A stretch of DNA of 64,000 nucleotides, taken from positions 5,952,001 through 6,016,000 of the forward strand of contig OY759599.1 of NCBI GenBank assembly GCA_963662465.1. Reading direction: 5' to 3'. The stretch's first letter is position 1. The number at the start of each line of letters is the position of its first letter. The notes under the pieces are model-generated. The model was not told the origin of the DNA. It ran no database searches and saw only the letters and a list, made by a program, of their open reading frames with translations. Made by a program: the position numbers and the translations under genes. This document shows, piece after piece, positions 61,691 to 64,000 of the stretch. The stretch is from Desulfatiglandales bacterium (lineage in GTDB: Bacteria > Desulfobacterota > DSM-4660 > Desulfatiglandales > Desulfatiglandaceae).

Positions 61691-62076
61691 TACTTTTTCT
61701 CCTCCGGCGCGATATGACAATCCCAGCAATAAGGATTAACGCTCAAATAGTTGTGACATTGATCACAGAATTTGGTTTTGTCGGAATGGCAATCCATACA
61801 GGTCACTTGCAGGCTCTTATAATAAACTTTGCCGTCGGCAGCCTTGTAATAACGTTCACCGTCCCTCACAGCTGTATGCCGCCATTCATCCAGCATGGTA
61901 AAATGTGATTCTCGCATATACTCTTTCGGCGCCACACACACTTTTGCTTCCTTGGCTTTTTCCGTCAGCTGCGGGTCCGGCGCCTTTGCGGCAGTCCCCG
62001 CATTGTAAATAAAAGGCGAAAGAAACAGACCGATACCAATGATCAGGCCAACAATAATCTTGCCTCCATCATACAT
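61690..62076 (-). CDS. dsrJ: DsrJ triheme cytochrome
   Basis: MYDGGKII, three CxxCH motifs. Confidence 0.95.
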   Translation of the reverse strand: MYDGGKIIVGLIIGIGLFLSPFIYNAGTAAKAPDPQLTEKAKEAKVCVAPKEYMRESHFTMLDEWRHTAVRDGERYYKAADGKVYYKSLQVTCMDCHSDKTKFCDQCHNYLSVNPYCWDCHIAPEEKK

Positions 62077-63700
62077 CCTCTTCATCCTCCATTCCAGGCA
62101 ACGGTTCCCCACGCAAATCAGTGGTTCGTTTCTTCTCGCCATCCAGTATCAGCGCATTCCCCACCATTTCGTGGATGCCAATCACATCCATGCCCGGCAC
62201 CCAGTAGTCCATTAATGCCGGAAACACGGCCCGGTCAATGGCGCAAATACAGGCCAGTGTGTTCACCCCATATTTTTCGTGAACAAATTTCACGGCGTTT
62301 GCCCTGGGAAGACCGCCGCGCATGCGAAGCTCCATGTCTTCTCCGGCGTTGAGCCCTGAGCCGCTGCCGCAACAGAAGGTCTGCTCACGAATGGTTTCAG
62401 GGGGCATCTCATAGAAAGTGTTGCAAACACTATTGAGTACGTATCGCGGCTCCTCCAAAAAACCCATTCCTCGGGCCGTGTTGCAGGAATCGTGAAATGT
62501 CACCTTAAGGTTGTCGTTCCGGCTGGGATCCAGTTTCAATTTATTGTGTTTGATGAGATCCGCCGTAAATTCCACCAAATGAATCATTTTGGTCGTTTTA
62601 GCATTTTCAAAAACCGTCCCGGTGATGGGGGATTTGGGAACTTCCAGAAAATCGGCCGGTCCATTCCATGTGTCCATGTATTGATTGAGGACCCGCCACA
62701 TGTGACCGCATTCACCGCCGATGATATATTTAACCCCAAGCCGCTTGGCTTCATGGTACATTTTGGCGTTCAGCCTTTTGGCCATTTCGTGGGAGGTAAA
62801 ATATCCGAAATTCCCCCCCTCAGATGCGTAGGTACTCCAGGTAATATCCAGACCCATGTCCTTCAAGTAATGGAACAGGATGAGATATCCCATGGCCGTA
62901 TAGGTTCCCGGGTCGGCGAAAACATCCCCGGAAGGCGTCAAAAACAGGATCTCGGCGCCCCTCCGGTTGAAATCCGGTTCAACCTTGACGCCGGTGACAT
63001 CCTCGATTTCGTCCACGAAGAATTCGATCATATCCACAAATGCATGGGGTTGTATCCCCAGATGATTTCCGGTTCGATTACAGTTGGCCACCGGTCCCGC
63101 AATCCAGTCGATATTCAAACCGAGAAGGTTTGTCAATTCCCGGCCCAGAATGGTCACCTCCGCCGTATCAATGCCATAAGGGCAAAAAAGCGAACAGCGA
63201 CGGCATTCGGAACACTGATAAAAATAGTACCACATCTCTTTGAGGGCATCCTCGGTCAGTTCGCGCCCCCCGCCAAATTTACCCAAGAGCTTTCCACCGA
63301 TAGTGTGTTCCTTACGGTATATGGACCTCAAGAGTTCGGCACGCATTACCGGCATGTTTTTGGGATCGCCCGAACCGATAAAGAAATGACACTTATCGGC
63401 ACACGCGCCGCAACGCACGCAGACATCCATGAAGATTTTTAAGGAACGATATTTGTCCAAACGGTCCTTAAGTCCTTCTTTGAAAATGCTTTTCCAATTT
63501 TCCGGCAGTTGCCAGTCTTCATCCGTGGGATTCCAGTCTTTCGGGAAAGGCATGCCCACAGCCTCGGTATTTTTGGGCTTGGCGCCGTAGCAATAAATGC
63601 CCGGATGGATTTCCGCGGGCTGATCCATCCACCCCTTATCAAAAAGGGGCGGATAATGATCTATCGTTGCAGTTTCTGTTGCTTTGGGGGTCTTCGCCAT
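62069..63700 (-). CDS. dsrK: DsrK (HdrD-like)
   Basis: CVRCGACADKC, CSECRRCSLFCP, GECGH, CCG, CAIDR. Confidence 0.96.
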   Translation of the reverse strand: MAKTPKATETATIDHYPPLFDKGWMDQPAEIHPGIYCYGAKPKNTEAVGMPFPKDWNPTDEDWQLPENWKSIFKEGLKDRLDKYRSLKIFMDVCVRCGACADKCHFFIGSGDPKNMPVMRAELLRSIYRKEHTIGGKLLGKFGGGRELTEDALKEMWYYFYQCSECRRCSLFCPYGIDTAEVTILGRELTNLLGLNIDWIAGPVANCNRTGNHLGIQPHAFVDMIEFFVDEIEDVTGVKVEPDFNRRGAEILFLTPSGDVFADPGTYTAMGYLILFHYLKDMGLDITWSTYASEGGNFGYFTSHEMAKRLNAKMYHEAKRLGVKYIIGGECGHMWRVLNQYMDTWNGPADFLEVPKSPITGTVFENAKTTKMIHLVEFTADLIKHNKLKLDPSRNDNLKVTFHDSCNTARGMGFLEEPRYVLNSVCNTFYEMPPETIREQTFCCGSGSGLNAGEDMELRMRGGLPRANAVKFVHEKYGVNTLACICAIDRAVFPALMDYWVPGMDVIGIHEMVGNALILDGEKKRTTDLRGEPLPGMEDEEDV

Positions 63701-63702
63701 GG

Positions 63703-64000
63703 TTACTCCTTTTCTCCTTTTTCCGCTGTTGTGTCAGCCCCTTTGTCCACGGGCAAACCAGCCTCAATCATCACGTCTCTGAAATCATCCTCATAGGCCT
63801 CGTAGGTGTGAAACTTGACGGGATAATTCCATGGATTCACATGCCTGACAAACCGGCTGTTATTGGCCAAATTCCTTGTGGGACTCATAAACACGCCTGC
63901 CAGATGCATCAACTTGCTGAATGGCAAATAGGCGATTAAGACACACAGTATAAAGAGATGGATATAAAAAATTACGCCGATCCCGTCGGGCACAACGGGA
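63703..64000 (-). CDS. dsrM: DsrM, 3' part (continues beyond the window)
   Basis: YLPFSKLMH, SPTRN, RHVNPWN. Confidence 0.93.
   Translation of the reverse strand, partial: PVVPDGIGVIFYIHLFILCVLIAYLPFSKLMHLAGVFMSPTRNLANNSRFVRHVNPWNYPVKFHTYEAYEDDFRDVMIEAGLPVDKGADTTAEKGEKE

Overview
The window has two parts and probably comes from a sulfate-reducing Desulfobacterota genome (dsrMKJOP, cytochrome c3, periplasmic [NiFe] hydrogenase, Sec-formate dehydrogenase). Positions 1 to ~33.2 kb are a decayed defence island next to the 3' end of tRNA-Pro(GGG). Its backbone is a type 3 BREX locus (brxF, brxC, pglXI, brxHII, pglZ; no brxA seen). Five insertions, one nested in another, break this locus, and I could read their ends and most target duplications directly. 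Two distinct IS21-family elements there are unusual. Element B encodes IstA fused to a DnaG-like primase (ZBD-like plus TOPRIM). Element A, present in two near-identical copies, carries Cys-rich, winged-helix and ParB cargo genes. Both elements share a small putative DNA-binding gene and a 19-bp upstream motif. Positions ~33.4 to 64 kb are housekeeping and energy genes. Among them is a split ORF that reads as one 11-heme c-type cytochrome through an in-frame UGA with a SECIS-like hairpin. It is paired with an exported rhodanese and flanked by ~170-bp direct repeats. All family assignments come from motif recognition by eye; no database searches were run.
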